Assembly (NCBI GenBank): GCA_029856125.1
Contig: JAHQWJ010000134.1
Span: forward strand, 21,783-85,782
Direction: 5' to 3'
Length of the DNA: 64,000 bases
Source of the DNA: Promethearchaeia archaeon
GTDB taxonomy: Archaea; Asgardarchaeota; Lokiarchaeia; Sigyniarchaeales; SOKP01
Part shown: piece by piece, positions 38,505-50,300 of the stretch
Position numbering within the stretch: position 1 is the first letter of the stretch
Layout: each line of letters starts with the position of its first letter
Made by a program: the position numbers and the translations under genes
Notes under the pieces: model-generated
The model's database searches: none
What the model was told of the DNA's origin: nothing
Seen by the model: the letters and a program-made list of their open reading frames with translations, nothing else

Positions 38505-39581
38505 ATGCCTGAGGAAAACGAGGAGAAAGTCGAAGATTTTATTTCCCTTTGGAAAAAGAAATTAGCAACAGAGAACACGCCCTCCTTAATTGGAGATATA
38601 CAAAAAGAAAACGAACAATTACGAAACAAAATTGCTGCGAATATAGATTTGATAACTAAATCTGAGGAAATCCTGAAAAAAGCAGTTGGAGAAAAAGAGA
38701 AACTTAAAATTGAAAAAAATGAAGCTGTAGCAGAAATAACAATGAATTTAAACGATTTAAAGCAAAACAATTCAGAATTGGGAAATAAGGTTAAAAGCAT
38801 GGTAAAGTTACTATTAGAGAAGGATGAAGAAATCAAATCAAAGAATACCTTAATCCTAAATTTGCAATCTCAAGCAACTCCACAAATAGGAAAAGATTCT
38901 ATGACCGAAAATGGAATTATTGACGAATTGAAATCTGAGATTTCGAAAAAGGATATAACCGTACAAAATTTAGAAGGTAAAACCATAGAATTATCAAATG
39001 AAGTAGAACGGCTAAAAAAAGACTACGACGAAGAATTAAAAAGTAAATCTGCCGATGTTGTAGTCCAGGCGATTGCTCCTGAACAAAAGGTGATTAAACC
39101 TATGCCTCCTGAGATTTCTACTGTCCCTCTTGAATCATTGTGCCAAGATCTTCAATCAGATTTGACTAAATACAAACGGATCGTCGAAAATTTAAAGAAA
39201 GAAAAGAACGAACTAAAAAACGCATTAGAAGGAAAGAAAATTAGTCTAACTAATAGTGAATTCGAACCTTTAGAAAAAGAAAACGAATTACTTAAGAAAA
39301 AACTTACAGAATTACAAAATTCTCTCAGTAGCAGTAAAAAAGAAACAGAAATAATTAGTTCTGAGGAATACGGAAAGAAAATCCAAAATCTTGAGAACAA
39401 AGTTAGGGAGAAGGAAAGCATAATAGCTGATTTAAAATTATCATCAATTTCTCCTACTTCAGATCCGAGCAATCCTATAGCGGAATTAGTTGAAAATTTG
39501 CAGAAGAACATAAACAGGTTAAAAATCACGCTTTCTGAAAAGGAAAAAGAAATTGCTAATTTGAAAGTTGAGCTCCTTTAA
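38505..39581 (+). CDS. Long coiled-coil protein of unknown function
   Basis: Heptad-rich segments separated by Pro-containing linkers; ATG 38505 avoids overlap with the upstream gene. Confidence 0.75.
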   Translation: MPEENEEKVEDFISLWKKKLATENTPSLIGDIQKENEQLRNKIAANIDLITKSEEILKKAVGEKEKLKIEKNEAVAEITMNLNDLKQNNSELGNKVKSMVKLLLEKDEEIKSKNTLILNLQSQATPQIGKDSMTENGIIDELKSEISKKDITVQNLEGKTIELSNEVERLKKDYDEELKSKSADVVVQAIAPEQKVIKPMPPEISTVPLESLCQDLQSDLTKYKRIVENLKKEKNELKNALEGKKISLTNSEFEPLEKENELLKKKLTELQNSLSSSKKETEIISSEEYGKKIQNLENKVREKESIIADLKLSSISPTSDPSNPIAELVENLQKNINRLKITLSEKEKEIANLKVELL

Positions 39582-39679
39582 TAAAATTAAAAACTTTTTT
39601 CACATAGAAATTATTCAGCTCTCTGAACACTTTTTATTAAGTAAGTTTTTTGAATAATACGATATTAAATGAAGAATAG

Positions 39680-40648
39680 ATGGCTATTCGTAAGAACATT
39701 TTATTCATTGGACATCATGCAATTGATACGATTATTCGGTTTAAACAAAAAAGAAAACCGTCCTTGGGGGGGACTGTGACTTTCGGGTCCCTTGCTCTTA
39801 AAACTTATACAAATTCAACAAAAATTAGCGTTATTTCTAATTTAGGACTTCAAAATTTTAATAAATCTTTATTAAAACATTTTAACGATAAGAATATTGA
39901 TTTTAGGGGTGTAAAAACGTTCGAAACTGATAACACTAATTTTGAATTAAATTATTCAAATCATTCGAGGAGATTAACTCTCAAATCCTGCAGCCCTAAA
40001 CTAAAATTTGAAGATATCCCTGAAGAAATCCTGACATCGCCCCCTGATATTCTTATACTAGCACCTCTGTGTAATGAAATTTCTTTTGAATATGTATCAA
40101 AAATAGTAAATACGTTTCCAAATACCTTTATTGGAATCGATTTGCAGGGATTTATTAGATATATTGATGACGACGGAGAAGTATCGTATGTTAGAGATGA
40201 AGCCATTATCTCAAATATGATAGCGATAATTAATTTGATTGGAGATAGATTAATTCTTAAGGGATCTGAAGTTGAGATGAAACTATTATCAAATCATAAA
40301 GAAGCTCAAAAAATAATGGAATATTTCAAGAATTTTGAGAATAAAGCAATATACATTATGACAATGGGAGAAGCAGGATCATTAATATTAAAAAATGGTG
40401 AAAATCTTTTAAAAATACCTGCTTACAAACCAAAGAGAGTTTTAGATGAAACAGGAGCAGGAGATGTATATTTAACAATATTTTTGTATGAATTACTGAA
40501 TTCTGATATGACTTGGGAAGAGATTGAAAAAAACGCTCATTTAGCTTCAGCAGCAGCCTCTTTTTTGGTCGAAAAGAAGGGTCCAAAGGGATTTGAAACA
40601 AGAAAAAGAATTTTAAAAAGAGTAGCAAGCAATAATTATATTAATTAA
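39680..40648 (+). CDS. PfkB/ribokinase family carbohydrate kinase
   Basis: GGTVTF, DLQG, TMGEAGS and DETGAGD motifs. Confidence 0.9.
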   Translation: MAIRKNILFIGHHAIDTIIRFKQKRKPSLGGTVTFGSLALKTYTNSTKISVISNLGLQNFNKSLLKHFNDKNIDFRGVKTFETDNTNFELNYSNHSRRLTLKSCSPKLKFEDIPEEILTSPPDILILAPLCNEISFEYVSKIVNTFPNTFIGIDLQGFIRYIDDDGEVSYVRDEAIISNMIAIINLIGDRLILKGSEVEMKLLSNHKEAQKIMEYFKNFENKAIYIMTMGEAGSLILKNGENLLKIPAYKPKRVLDETGAGDVYLTIFLYELLNSDMTWEEIEKNAHLASAAASFLVEKKGPKGFETRKRILKRVASNNYIN

Positions 40649-40668
40649 ATCTTATCTAGATAGAAATA

Positions 40669-41259
40669 ATGCACATAAATAGTCATTTTGCCACAGGGCT
40701 AATATTTGCTTCAATTTTAAACTATTTCTACAGCTTTTCTTTATTTGAATTCGTTTTCATCGTTTTTTTTTCTTTTATTTGCGATCTTGATGTCTTTTTT
40801 GCTAAATATGCAAGAGATCACAATCACAGGATGCTTATTTCTCATTCGATAATTCCTGGTTTTCTTATGCTATTGCTTGGAATAATTATTAATTGGCCAG
40901 TACTAGCCTTTAGTGGTGCAATATATTCAATCCACGTTATTATAGATACTTTTGATTGGGGTACTAATTTTTTCTATTTTCAAAAAAAGCAAATTGGCTT
41001 GAAATTGCTAATATCAAAGGAGGAATTTGAAAACCTACCTAAATATTTATCAAAATTCAAAAAAGCAGAATCTTTTTTCGACTCAAAATATTATAGTAGC
41101 AAAGTGAGTTTGGGAATCGAAGCAATATTATTCATACTTATGTGTATATTTACTATCTTGTTTGCCTTTCAATTTATTTTTATTATAACACTTTATTTTT
41201 TAGGACTTTTTTTCCATTTAACTCGGCATTTTAAATTAAAACGTATTGAAAGCAAGTAA
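40669..41259 (+). CDS. Membrane-bound metal-dependent hydrolase-like protein (YdjM-like)
   Basis: H near the N-terminus, DLD, HRMLISHS and HVIIDTFD motifs among TM helices. Confidence 0.65.
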   Translation: MHINSHFATGLIFASILNYFYSFSLFEFVFIVFFSFICDLDVFFAKYARDHNHRMLISHSIIPGFLMLLLGIIINWPVLAFSGAIYSIHVIIDTFDWGTNFFYFQKKQIGLKLLISKEEFENLPKYLSKFKKAESFFDSKYYSSKVSLGIEAILFILMCIFTILFAFQFIFIITLYFLGLFFHLTRHFKLKRIESK

Positions 41260-41349
41260 GTTCTATTTTAAAGACTTTCATTTATGTTTTAATAAAAGCA
41301 ATCATTTGTTTTTTTAATAGTTTTGAAACATTAAGTACGTTAAGAAAAG

Positions 41350-42711
41350 ATGAAATTAATTGTAATAGGTGGAAATCCCGCTGGATTGAGTGCTGCGAGT
41401 GCAGTAAGAAGAGCACATCCGGATTGGATAATTGATGTGTACGAAAAAGGGCCTTACATTTCATATGGTTCATGTGGGCTTCCTTATTATATAAGTGGTA
41501 TCATCGAAGATCGAGATAAGTTAATTACTATTACCAGAGAACAATTCCTAGAAAAAAGAAACATTCCAGTTCACATTTATCAAGAAGTTTTATCCGTAAA
41601 TTTTGATGAAAAAATAGTGAAAGTTAAAGATATTAATACTAATGAAATTTTCGAGGGAGCCTATGATTACCTGGTAATTGCGACTGGTGGTAAATCCAAA
41701 ATGCGTCCGGAAATAACTCTTGAACATAATCATATCTTTCATGTACATACTATCGAGGATGCTGATGAAGTAAAAAATTTCCTAAACGGTAGTGGACTCA
41801 AATCTGGAATTCTTATTGGAGCTGGTTATATAAATCTGGAACTGGTCGAAGCTTATAAAGCACAAGGCATTAATAATTTAACTATCGTTGGACCTCGGCT
41901 GATTTTTAGGACAAAAAGCCAAGAATATATTAAAAAAGAACTTGAAAAAAATGGAATCAAAATGGTTCTCGGAAAATACGCTAAAAACCTAGAAATTGTT
42001 TCAGATAAACGATTAAGAGTCAATTTTGAGGATGGAGAGTCATTAGAAGCAGATTTTATACAGATTTCAATAGGAGTAGTTCCGAATACGGATATTTTTG
42101 AAGGTACAAAATTGAAAATGATGAATGGTGCAATAGTTGTAGATGAGTACATGAGAACCAACATTGAAAATGTTTTTGCAGCTGGTGATTGCGCAACAGT
42201 TTACCATCAAATTTTAAAAAGAAATACATATCTCCCTCTTGCCCCGGCTGCAAATAAACAAGGGAGAATTGCTGGAAATGTAATTGCAGGTAATAAAGTT
42301 GATCCTTTTTTTGGGATAGTTGGAACTTCTGTTTGGAAAGTATTTGATTTGTATTGTGGAAAAACCGGGATTACAGAAACAGAAGCTAAAGAATTGGGAT
42401 ATGAAACGGATTCAGTTTTAATAGAAAGTAATGAAATCGCCCATTATTATCCAAATAGAGGAAATCAGTTCCAACTCAAAATGACTACATATTTATTATT
42501 TGACGTGAAAACTCACCATCTGTTAGGAGCAGAGATTACGGCGCCTTCTCCGTTAGGTGGAAAGAAAATTGATGTTCTAGCAACAGCATTAGCAGCGAAA
42601 ATGAAAATAGAAGATATTCAAAAGCTTGATCTTTCTTACGCACCTCCCTTTGCTCCCGTTTGGGATCCGATTCTTATAGCTGCGAACGTGGCTCGAAAAA
42701 AATGCCGTTAA
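41350..42711 (+). CDS. CoA-disulfide reductase / NADH oxidase family flavoprotein
   Basis: SYGSCGLPY redox Cys, ATG, GAGYI, AAGDC and DLSYAPPFAPVWDP motifs. Confidence 0.9.
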   Translation: MKLIVIGGNPAGLSAASAVRRAHPDWIIDVYEKGPYISYGSCGLPYYISGIIEDRDKLITITREQFLEKRNIPVHIYQEVLSVNFDEKIVKVKDINTNEIFEGAYDYLVIATGGKSKMRPEITLEHNHIFHVHTIEDADEVKNFLNGSGLKSGILIGAGYINLELVEAYKAQGINNLTIVGPRLIFRTKSQEYIKKELEKNGIKMVLGKYAKNLEIVSDKRLRVNFEDGESLEADFIQISIGVVPNTDIFEGTKLKMMNGAIVVDEYMRTNIENVFAAGDCATVYHQILKRNTYLPLAPAANKQGRIAGNVIAGNKVDPFFGIVGTSVWKVFDLYCGKTGITETEAKELGYETDSVLIESNEIAHYYPNRGNQFQLKMTTYLLFDVKTHHLLGAEITAPSPLGGKKIDVLATALAAKMKIEDIQKLDLSYAPPFAPVWDPILIAANVARKKCR

Positions 42712-42758
42712 AGATTATTAAAAAAACGATTAATAAAATAAAATAATGGTGAAAAAGA

Positions 42759-43235
42759 GTGGATATTTTTAAATTAACAATTTTTCAACGAGAAGGTGAA
42801 ACATTAAAAGAAAGTAATCGAAAAAGAGTTCAAACGATACAAATCCCTGATAGTACTCACCTATCTGAAATTTATTTTCAACTACCCATTGCTTATGATG
42901 GTCCCAAAGGAGAAGATGGGTTACGGAAGTTTTATACTCCCGAACATTTTTTTATTGCCGCTGTATCTGGTTGCTTTTTTACGACTTTTTCTGTCGTTTC
43001 AAGTAATTCAAATTTAAAATATAAAACGCTTAGCATTAGCGCAGAAGGTCGCATTGATACCTCAACAGGTATTAAAATAATGGAAAAAATAGAAAATAAA
43101 ATCACGTTGACAATCCCTTCTACCGAGAAGAAAAAGAAGGCTTTGAAAATTTTAGAGTTAACAGAAAAAGCATGTCCTCTCGCTAATTCCGTGAAAACAA
43201 AGATAGAAAATACCTATAATATCTTAGTTGAATAA
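42759..43235 (+). CDS. OsmC/Ohr family protein
   Basis: TPEHFFIAAVSGCF and EKACPLANS (two Cys). Confidence 0.85.
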   Translation: MDIFKLTIFQREGETLKESNRKRVQTIQIPDSTHLSEIYFQLPIAYDGPKGEDGLRKFYTPEHFFIAAVSGCFFTTFSVVSSNSNLKYKTLSISAEGRIDTSTGIKIMEKIENKITLTIPSTEKKKKALKILELTEKACPLANSVKTKIENTYNILVE

Positions 43236-43417
43236 ACAAATAAATTCTTTTTTTTTAATGAATCATCAAATTAATTAGATTTTACCTGTAATCATATCTT
43301 TATCTTATAAATTAAATAAAAAAGATTTAAGAGCTAAATGATAGTTTCAAATTATATCCATTTAAGTGGATTGAAATTAAAATTTTAATGCAAAAAGATC
43401 AAATAGAAGTGAATTAG

Positions 43418-43855
43418 ATGTCTGAAGGAATGAAAACTAAAGTAGGATTATCATTAGAGGAAGAAATGATATTTTCATGCGAACTTGGGAACATGAAAGT
43501 AAAAGATTGCTACATTGACGATAGCCATACTGAAGAAGTTGATATGCTCGGTCCTAATCCTACTAGGATGCTAGGCTTAGCGTTGTTAGGATGCTTGAGT
43601 GCCAGTTTCATCTTTTGTTTGAAGAAAAAAAATCTTACCTTAGATGATTTAAAGGCTGAAGCAGAATTAACGATTGCTCGTAATAAAAAGGGATTTTGGA
43701 GGGTTATGAAAATAGATGTTGACCTAAATATTAAAATTAGTGATCCAGATACGCGTAAGAGAGCAGATCAATGTAAAAAGATGTTCGAACAATACTGTAT
43801 AGTCACTCAAGCCGTAAGAGAAGGAATCGATGTCGAAGTCAACCTTAATTATTAG
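43418..43855 (+). CDS. OsmC/Ohr family protein
   Basis: GPNPTRMLGLALLGCLSAS and FEQYCIVTQAV motifs. Confidence 0.85.
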   Translation: MSEGMKTKVGLSLEEEMIFSCELGNMKVKDCYIDDSHTEEVDMLGPNPTRMLGLALLGCLSASFIFCLKKKNLTLDDLKAEAELTIARNKKGFWRVMKIDVDLNIKISDPDTRKRADQCKKMFEQYCIVTQAVREGIDVEVNLNY

Positions 43856-43895
43856 TTTTTTTTATAATTCTCTTTATTTGTTAAAACTAACTAGA

Positions 43896-44894
43896 TTAAT
43901 CTTTAATACCTTCATCTGTTATTGAAAATACCGCTTCTGCTTCGGGTAGATGTGGAGCGTCAATCATTTTTGCTACCCTCTGTTCTCCCTTTCCTTTTCT
44001 TAGATATATTCTTACCGTAGCACCATGAGCGATAATATGCCCTCCCGTAGCCACTGTTGGATTACCATAGAATACATCAGGTTTCGACGAAACTTGGTTA
44101 GTGAAAATTACAGCTAGCTCATCAAACACTTCTGTTAGTCGTAATAAATCGTGAATATGAACGTTAAGAGTTTGTTGTCTATTTGCTAAAGTGCCCCTTC
44201 CTATGTATTCGCTTCGAAAATGACCTATTATCGAATCCACGACTATTAATTTAATATTTTTTTCTTTAACTATTTTTGATGCTTCTTGGATTAATAATAC
44301 TTGATGATCGCTATTGTAAGCGCGCCCAACGATGATATTTTGCAGTGTTTTGTTATAATCTAAATCTTTCGCTTCTGCCATATGAATTATTCTCTCAGGC
44401 CTAAAAGTTGCTTCTGTATCGATGTAAAGCGCATTACCTTCTAAACCTCCTTCTTCATAAGGTAGTTGAACATTAACGCAGAGTTGATGAGCAATTTGAG
44501 TCTTACCTGTTCTATATTCTCCATAAAACTCAGTAACAGAACCGGGTTCAATACCCCCTGCTAAGATTTCATCTAAGTTTGCACTATTTGTTGTCAAGCG
44601 GTTCAGATGTTTTCTTTTTTCCCAAATAATATCAGCACTTTTAAATCCCATGTTTTCAATATCTTGAGCGGCTTTAATTATTTTCTGAGCAGTTTTTTCC
44701 CCTATCCCCGCATCTTCCATCAATTTAGTAATGGGATAAACAGCTAAAATCCTAATTGAAACAATCCCCGCATCTTTTAATTTTTTTACGGTAGTATCCC
44801 CTACTCCAGGTAAGTCCTTTAGATTGTAAACTACCTCAGTTTTAATTGTACTACTTTGTTCGTCTTCTTTAGATTCTACATTTTTCTTAGCCAT
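43896..44894 (-). CDS. radA: DNA repair and recombination protein RadA
   Basis: N-terminal HhH (LPGVG), Walker A GEYRTGKTQ, DTEATFRPER, FRSEYIGRGTLANRQQ and YLRKGKG. Confidence 0.96.
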   Translation of the reverse strand: MAKKNVESKEDEQSSTIKTEVVYNLKDLPGVGDTTVKKLKDAGIVSIRILAVYPITKLMEDAGIGEKTAQKIIKAAQDIENMGFKSADIIWEKRKHLNRLTTNSANLDEILAGGIEPGSVTEFYGEYRTGKTQIAHQLCVNVQLPYEEGGLEGNALYIDTEATFRPERIIHMAEAKDLDYNKTLQNIIVGRAYNSDHQVLLIQEASKIVKEKNIKLIVVDSIIGHFRSEYIGRGTLANRQQTLNVHIHDLLRLTEVFDELAVIFTNQVSSKPDVFYGNPTVATGGHIIAHGATVRIYLRKGKGEQRVAKMIDAPHLPEAEAVFSITDEGIKD

Positions 44895-44994
44895 TGTCTT
44901 AGTACCACTTATGATTTTATATTATTTCTATTGATTTCGATAATGTATGATTCTATATATATAAAAATAATAACAAAAAAATAAAAATTATAGT

Positions 44995-45687
44995 TTATTT
45001 CTTTTTCTTGACTTCCTTACCGCTCCTAGTAATAATAAGCAATACAATAAATAGGAGAACGCTCATAAGAAAAGTTAATACTCCCATCGCTTGGGGTAGC
45101 CATATATAACTTAGGTATAGAAAAGGGAGGATAAACAATCCAACTATTATTACGAATACCGGAAGAGGTACCTCTTCATCTCTAAGATCAACAAGCATAG
45201 GAACGATGACTAATCCTATCAACACCGAAGCAGTAACTCGGAAGATCAACAATATTCCATCATTCACCCAGAGTTCAATACCATATGCCGCAGTGTAAAT
45301 ATCAGGAAAATAGAAAAATCCATACGGCATAGTATTAGTTTGCATAGTTATTATTGACACTGGTAAAATCGCAGTTATAATGACTTGGATGATTACTCCT
45401 AATACCAAGTACAATAATATATCGTTGATTTCTTTTGGATCGTTTTTTCGTACAACGCCAAACAAATCCCGTAATAAGCACAAATTCCACAGTATAAACA
45501 ATATCACGTACACACCAAGAACATCAAATTGAAGAAACCATAGGAAATTTACCGGTACTAAAGCAACAATATACGCTAAATAACCATACCTTTCGTTTCT
45601 CTTGAAAAGATCGAAAAATAAAAAGATTCCAAATATAACAAATAAAGTTCCTGTGATAATTATAGAATTTATATCAAATACCGCCAC
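44995..45687 (-). CDS. Polytopic membrane protein of unknown function
   Basis: About 7 hydrophobic segments in 230 aa. Confidence 0.75.
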   Translation of the reverse strand: MAVFDINSIIITGTLFVIFGIFLFFDLFKRNERYGYLAYIVALVPVNFLWFLQFDVLGVYVILFILWNLCLLRDLFGVVRKNDPKEINDILLYLVLGVIIQVIITAILPVSIITMQTNTMPYGFFYFPDIYTAAYGIELWVNDGILLIFRVTASVLIGLVIVPMLVDLRDEEVPLPVFVIIVGLFILPFLYLSYIWLPQAMGVLTFLMSVLLFIVLLIITRSGKEVKKKK

Positions 45688-45772
45688 AATAAAAACTCCA
45701 TTCTAATTATTATTTTTAAATTTAGTATTAATTTAACTTTACAGATAATTAAATTTTAGTGTTTTTGTGTGT

Positions 45773-47158
45773 TTAAAATTTAGAAATTATTTTTGATAGT
45801 TCAGATATCATTTTTTCTGATTTATTTTTATTATCTGACTCTGCAGAGAGTAATATCGCATTTCTATTAAGAGCAGCTTTAATATTTACGTATACATCAT
45901 CATCAATTATTTTTAATTCATTGATTATATCTTGATACTTTAAGTTATGTTCATCTGCAAACTCTATTAATCTGTTGTGTATTGTTTGCAATACATCTGA
46001 TGAAACTGGTATTGATTTATTGACTTTTATGCCCTTGGGAAACCCTTTTGTAATAGAACTTATTAAATCCTTTTGAAGTGCCATTATTTCTAAAATTTTA
46101 AGTAAAATATAGTTACCATCGCTTATAGGAGCATAATTAGGAAAATAAAATTTCAAGGAATCTGCTGCAGCAAAACAAGCTCTCTCTTGCCTTATTTGAC
46201 GCGAGAGCTCCCCAGGATAATTTTCTACAAGTTTGAGTGGATGTCCACTCTCCTTTATAAAATTTTTAACAACGCGAGAGATAGAAGGTGTCGTAATTAT
46301 CGTGCTACTTTTAGCCTTTTGGATTCCTTTATCATAAGCGACGAAGAGCATCAACATATCTTCGAAACTAATTTCTAAGCCATTTTCATCAACCACCAAT
46401 AAGCGTGATCCATCAACGTCAAAACATACTCCTAAATGGCTATTTGATGCTTTTACGATATCCGCAGTATTCTTAATGGTATTTATGCTTGGAACAGGAA
46501 CTAGTGATCTCTCTCGATAATGAGTATTTAGTGCAATTACTTCAATCCCTACTTCATTGAACAAGAGTGGAGTTATTTTACCCGTTGGACTGAAAGAACA
46601 ATCTACTACTATTTTTAAATTAGCCTCTCTAATAATTTTTTTGCTGACAAATTGCTCTAACGATTTTATATACACATCTTGAGTCTGAGGGATTGCAATG
46701 ATACGTCCAACCCTTCTAGGATCAACGCGTCTAATTTGTGTTGGGTACGTATTGTATGATTCAATGATTTTTTTTATTTCTAGAGGTGCTAATTCTATCC
46801 CTCCAGCATCTACAAATCTTACTCCGACATCTTCGCTATATAGATGACCTCCTGAAAAGTAGGCACCTCCACTTGCTCCAAATCGTCTTATAGTGAATTC
46901 TAATAATGGAAATGTACATTCTGTCAGATTTAATACATTTACTCCCGTACTCATTACTCCTGCAGTATAACCTCTCTTTAACATGCGGCTATCGTTATGA
47001 TAATCTCGTCCAATAACAATAGTCTCGTCTTTCTTAAAAGAACTCCCATGAATAGAACCTATAGAACTCGCGATCTCGGGTGTAAATATATAATTAGCCC
47101 TTCCTACAATTCGACCATTTTTATAAAGTTCATCTAACTTTTGTACGCGTGAAGTCAT
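45773..47158 (-). CDS. Phosphohexomutase-fold protein, probably catalytically inactive
   Basis: IGRD, VVDCS and FDVDGSR show the PGM/PMM fold, but the phosphoserine motif (TASHN) is replaced by FSGGHL and DxDxD is incomplete. Confidence 0.8.
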   Translation of the reverse strand: MTSRVQKLDELYKNGRIVGRANYIFTPEIASSIGSIHGSSFKKDETIVIGRDYHNDSRMLKRGYTAGVMSTGVNVLNLTECTFPLLEFTIRRFGASGGAYFSGGHLYSEDVGVRFVDAGGIELAPLEIKKIIESYNTYPTQIRRVDPRRVGRIIAIPQTQDVYIKSLEQFVSKKIIREANLKIVVDCSFSPTGKITPLLFNEVGIEVIALNTHYRERSLVPVPSINTIKNTADIVKASNSHLGVCFDVDGSRLLVVDENGLEISFEDMLMLFVAYDKGIQKAKSSTIITTPSISRVVKNFIKESGHPLKLVENYPGELSRQIRQERACFAAADSLKFYFPNYAPISDGNYILLKILEIMALQKDLISSITKGFPKGIKVNKSIPVSSDVLQTIHNRLIEFADEHNLKYQDIINELKIIDDDVYVNIKAALNRNAILLSAESDNKNKSEKMISELSKIISKF

Positions 47159-47304
47159 TTTAACCTCTCAAGTTTTGAATTGTCGAATTGTAAAATATAA
47201 TTAGTATAGCTTGTTTTAAAATAATAACTTTCGTTTAAAAATACATTTGTCAATTAACGTTAGGGCACTTTTAATAAATATTAGAGTAAAGAGTCGTAAT
47301 TCTC

Positions 47305-50300
47305 ATGAAAATCTCAAGAGATGCAAGGAATAAGTACGAATTTGCTGAGTTTAAATTTTCAGAAAAAGGCAATATTGAATTTAACGGAAATATCCATTTA
47401 GTTAGGATGTTTGTTCAAAAATTAAATCAAAAAAGAGATTTAATAAATTATCCGGAAATTGCTATTCGAATTGGCGAATTCAATGGAATGGCATTAATGT
47501 ATGATATTAATAAATTCTTATTCAATTTGTACAAAGAAGAAACTCAGAATTCGCGGTTAAATAATGAGCTTTATGAATTTTTAGAAAACAAAATTGGTAG
47601 CTCTAAATTAGAAGAGGCAATTTACTCCTTGATAGAGGAATTTCCTCCAGATATTGTATACCAAGAGGAAGAAAAAATTGACGTGTTCTTAAAAGATGAA
47701 GTGGGGGGAGTTGAAAACGAAATCCATTTCGTTGATGAATTTGTGAATCTCTGGCTTGGAAATATGAATCCATCCTATTCTCCTTTTATCGAGCTATTTG
47801 ACGATGAATCGCTTGAAAAACAGACGGAGTATAGGGAAATTATTAATGAGATCTCTACTTTTTTTGAAGAAAAAGCTAAATTTGGCCCTAATAATCAAAA
47901 TTTAATTGAAATGTTGAAAGAACCTGCAGAAAAATATCCACATTCAATTCGAGAACAATTAATGTACATTCATGATAACTGGGGATCGTTATTAGGAAAG
48001 TATACTTTCCAAATCTTAGTTGCTCTTGATATTATAAGGGAAGAAGAGATGTTAAGGGGGTTAGGTCCTGGAAAGTCAGAAGCTTATGAATATGATTCTA
48101 TGGAAATAGAAAATTATACTATCGACAAAGAATGGATGCCAAAGGTAATCATGATTGCTAAAAATATTTATGTATGGATGGACCAGCTTTCAAAAAAGTA
48201 CAATAGAACAATTACAAAATTACATGATATTCCCAATGAAGAATTAAATCAACTGAAAGAATGGGGTTTTACCGGTCTTTGGCTCATTGGATTATGGGAA
48301 AGAAGTCAAGCGTCAAAAACAATTAAACGATGGTGTGGTAATCCCGAAGCAGAAGCAAGTGCTTATTCAACTTACGATTATGTTATAGCGCATGATTTAG
48401 GAGGTTACGATTCTTATGACAATTTAAAAAATAGGGCAATCGAGAGAGGAATTCGCCTTGCTTGTGATGTGGTGCCTAATCACACTGGAATTGTTTCAAA
48501 ATGGGTATTAGAACACCCCGATTGGTATATCTCTCTGCCGTACTCTCCGTTTCCATCTTATAGTTTTTCAGGTGAGAATTTATCTGGGGATCCTAACATA
48601 GGTATCTATCTGGAAGATAAATATTTTACTAGAACTGATGCGGCGGTTACATTTAAGCATGAAAATTTTCGTACTGGTGAAATCAAATATGTGTATCATG
48701 GAAATGACGGTACTAGTTTTCCATGGAATGATACAGCTCAATTGGATTTTTTAAATCCAGAAGTTCGAGAGGCAGTTATTCAGACTATTTTACACATTTC
48801 TAAAATGTTCCCTATTATTCGGTTTGATGCTGCCATGACCCTCACGAGAAAACATTACCAAAGATTATGGTTTCCAGAACCTGGAACTGGAGGCGCTATC
48901 CCTTCAAGAGCGGAGCATGGAATCTCCAAAGATGAGTTTTATAAAGCGATGCCATCAGAGTTTTGGCGAGAAGTTGTTGACAGGATCAATAAGGAAAATC
49001 CAGATACATTGTTATTGGCAGAGGCATTTTGGTTGCTTGAAGGATTTTTTGTGAGAACATTAGGGATGCATCGAGTGTATAATTCTGCTTTTATGAATAT
49101 GCTTAGAGACGAGGATAACGCCATGTATCGTTTAGTATTAAAAAATACGCTCCAATTCGATCCAGAAATACTTAAAAGATTTGTAAATTTTATGAATAAT
49201 CCAGACGAAGAAACCGCTATAAAGCAATTTGGCGATGGAGATAAATACTTTGGCGTTTGCGTAATGTTGGTAACCATGCCAGGGCTTCCAATGTTTGGTC
49301 ATGGGCAAATCGAGGGATATCACGAAAAGTATGGTATGGAATACAGACGGGCTTACTGGGATGAAGAAATCAATTTAGGCTTACTTGAGCATCATAAAGA
49401 AATTTTATTCCCGATAATGAAGAAACGCTATCTTTATGCTAATGCTAATAATTTTTTATTGTATGACTTTTGGACCGGTAATGTAGTCAACGAAGATGTT
49501 TTTGCGTATTCTAACCGAGTTAATAATGAGTGTGCATTAATTATTTTTCACAATAAATACGCTGAGGTAAGTGGTTTTATCAAGAATTCAGTTGGGTTTG
49601 CACAAAAAGTGGACGATAATAAAGAGATAATCCAGAGAACCTTAGCAGAGGGTCTAAAATTACCTATAGAGGGATATTGTATCTTTAAAGATCATCTTAC
49701 TGGATTGGAATACATAAGGCAAAATAAGGAACTCCATGATTATGGTTTATATATAGAACTACATGCATATCAGAAGTTCTTGTTTATGGACTTTCAAATT
49801 ACCAACGATAATGAGTTTTTCCATTATGCTCAGCTCCATGATCTCTTAAATGGAAAGGGTGTCCCTAATATACGTGAGACTCTACACGAACTTGTATATC
49901 AACCCTTGCATGAATCTTTTAAGATTTTAATCAATACGAGCTCGTTAAAAGATCTATTAAATCCAAAAAAAGTAAAAAAAGAAGCAGAAGTGATTTACAA
50001 TAATCTAGATGCATTTCTGCTTGAAGTAAAAAAATATTCAACAAGTCAAAAGGATTATACGGACATTAAGAATGATATCGTATTGAAAATTGAAGCTATA
50101 CTAAAAGTAAAACATAATACAGGAGTCTTAAGAATTCCAGAGGAATACCGAGATGTTTTTATTAGCTTGCTTCCATTATCTGAAGTTGAATGGGGAATTA
50201 TATTTTCATATCTTATTGTTCAGCAATTAGGGCGATTCGAATCAAATGATAATTACGCTCTCCTAAGTCGAAGTTTATTTGATGAATGGAGGTTATCTAA

